Origin: Bdellovibrionota bacterium FG-2
GTDB lineage: Bacteria > Bdellovibrionota > UBA1018
Assembly: GCA_051382305.1 (NCBI GenBank)
Contig: JBBCAV010000331.1
Coordinates: 1-27,961 of the forward strand
Direction of reading: 5' to 3'
DNA: 27,961 bases
The notes under the pieces were generated by a model that was not told the DNA's origin, searched no databases, and saw only the letters and a list, made by a program, of their open reading frames with translations. Below are positions 26,894-27,961 of this stretch, piece after piece (the first letter of the stretch is position 1; each line of letters begins with the position of its first letter). A program made the translations under genes and the position numbers.

Positions 26894-27705
26894 ATGAAAC
26901 AAACAGTTTTCTTATTATGCCTTTTCCTAATTTTGTCCGCCTGCGCAAAGAAAAAGGAAGAAGTTCCTGCAGAAACAACCCCAAGCCTTCCGCCCATTAC
27001 TTCGATGGTTCTGCCTGCAGAGGATATCAGCGCCCAAAATCAGTTGCGGCTTGAGCTTCAAGGAGTGCTTACGACTTCTAATTTCTCGTTTGCCTCTTTG
27101 GATGTCGCAGTCTGGAATCTCTTAATTAATGTTGGACTTGCTGTTCCAGTGGCGGCCTTTCAAGCGACTATTAACTCAACTCCGGCAAAAAAGAGTGCCG
27201 GAATCTAGGATTGGAATTGCACCTTCAATTCGGTGTATTCATCTGCACTTGTGGGTACTTTAGACACAGACGGAGTGACGTGGTCGATGTCCGTCACGAA
27301 AACGGGGGACTACACGAATTTCAATTGGTACACCGGAACCACCAAACTTACCAATGACGAAGGCTAAAGTGGACCTTCTACAAAACGCCTACTGCGCCGG
27401 TCGCGGCGGTCATTGTCGACTGGCATCAAAACACGACACTTGGAACCTCGGACATCAAGTTCACCAATATCGAAAACGGAAGCGCGGGAGAAGGCGGATA
27501 TATCTCCTATGAGAAAACTACAAATACCACGTTTAATTCTCAGTACACGATCTACAATGCCGCGCAGGCCAACACGACCTACATTGAATGGAACTCGACG
27601 ACCATTGCCGGTCGCATAAAGGACGCCGCGCACTTTGGTGATACCGCTTGGCATTGTTGGGATACTCGGACCGCGGGGTTCGGGAATGCGACGTGCTCTC
27701 TCTAG
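26894..27705 (+). pseudogene. Lipoprotein (~270 aa) disrupted by an in-frame TAG (27206-27208) and a frameshift at ~27365
   Basis: RBS TAAGGAG and lipobox LSAC. The frame continues past TAG (DWNCTF...FNWYTG...EG), then protein-like sequence resumes in another frame (KWTFYK...IEWN...GRIKDAAHFGDTAWHCWD...C SL*) to TAG at 27703-27705. Confidence 0.8.
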
Positions 27706-27719
27706 AAACTGCTCAAGCG

Positions 27720-27758
27720 AAAACAATAGGTTGACCTAGCAAAAATACTAGGCCAACC
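27720..27758 (-). terminator. Probable intrinsic terminator for a convergent transcript from the right
   Basis: Minus strand GGTTGGCCTAG-loop-CTAGGTCAACC (11-bp stem with one G-U pair), followed by TATTGTTTT. Confidence 0.55.
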
Positions 27759-27961
27759 CTAGTGACTAGTGAAAAAAGTAAGCATTCAGTAAATCCGCGT
27801 TAGGTTTTTCTGATGATTCCGAAATAAGAGCTGAACACACCAAAGAGTCCGCGATAATGTTTCTGTAGCGCATGTGCTACTCATCCTCGCCGAGCAATCA
27901 TACTAACCAAAGCATCTTGCTTCAGATCGAGGTGAATAAGCTTCGAGCCGAGGTGGGGTAC

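Noticed and set aside
27206-27208. TAG recoding (pyrrolysine or alternative genetic code)
   Set aside because: TAG is the normal stop of scoB, htrA, phoR, pstC and fabH here, and the same gene also carries a frameshift. A nonsense mutation is simpler.
27364-27726. 120-aa minus-strand ORF and the 27413..27619 ORF
   Set aside because: Both overlap the more convincing C-terminal frame of the lipoprotein pseudogene.
27766-27961. Gene end on the minus strand feeding the 27720-27758 terminator
   Set aside because: All three frames contain stops within short distances and no recognisable protein is encoded, so it cannot be called from this window.

Overview
Mostly core-genome bacterial DNA. Gene content and order suggest Bdellovibrionota/Oligoflexia or a related 'deltaproteobacterial' lineage, which is inference only. 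From left to right: the 3' end of an ISAzo13-family IS that appears to interrupt a host gene; a thiolase plus CoA-transferase A/B operon (-); an HtrA protease and a hypothetical gene; an AAA-ATPase/wHTH/PD-(D/E)XK gene; a PAP2 phosphatase; an operon of a small secreted 8-Cys protein and a chemoreceptor; a complete pstSCAB-phoU-phoB-phoR operon (-); a TIGR01777-type epimerase, glyoxalase I and a Lys/Ala-rich protein with a CCCH-type motif (-); a NagA-like deacetylase; yceD-rpmF-fabH-fabD-fabG-acpP-fabF (no plsX)-rpiB-glyA; and a lipoprotein pseudogene. No rRNA, tRNA or CRISPR array was seen. The most interesting signals are: (1) a C13 tract inside the -35/-10 spacer of the 8-Cys protein/MCP promoter, flanked by two palindromes (candidate phase-variable chemosensory module); (2) a shared 18-bp Pho-box-like motif at identical spacing upstream of pstS and the PAP2 gene; (3) a histone-H1-like, putative zinc-finger protein; (4) several apparently leaderless promoters, one of them bidirectional; (5) an ATPase-nuclease gene whose -35 sits in a palindrome; and (6) a ~270-aa lipoprotein broken by a nonsense codon and a frameshift.
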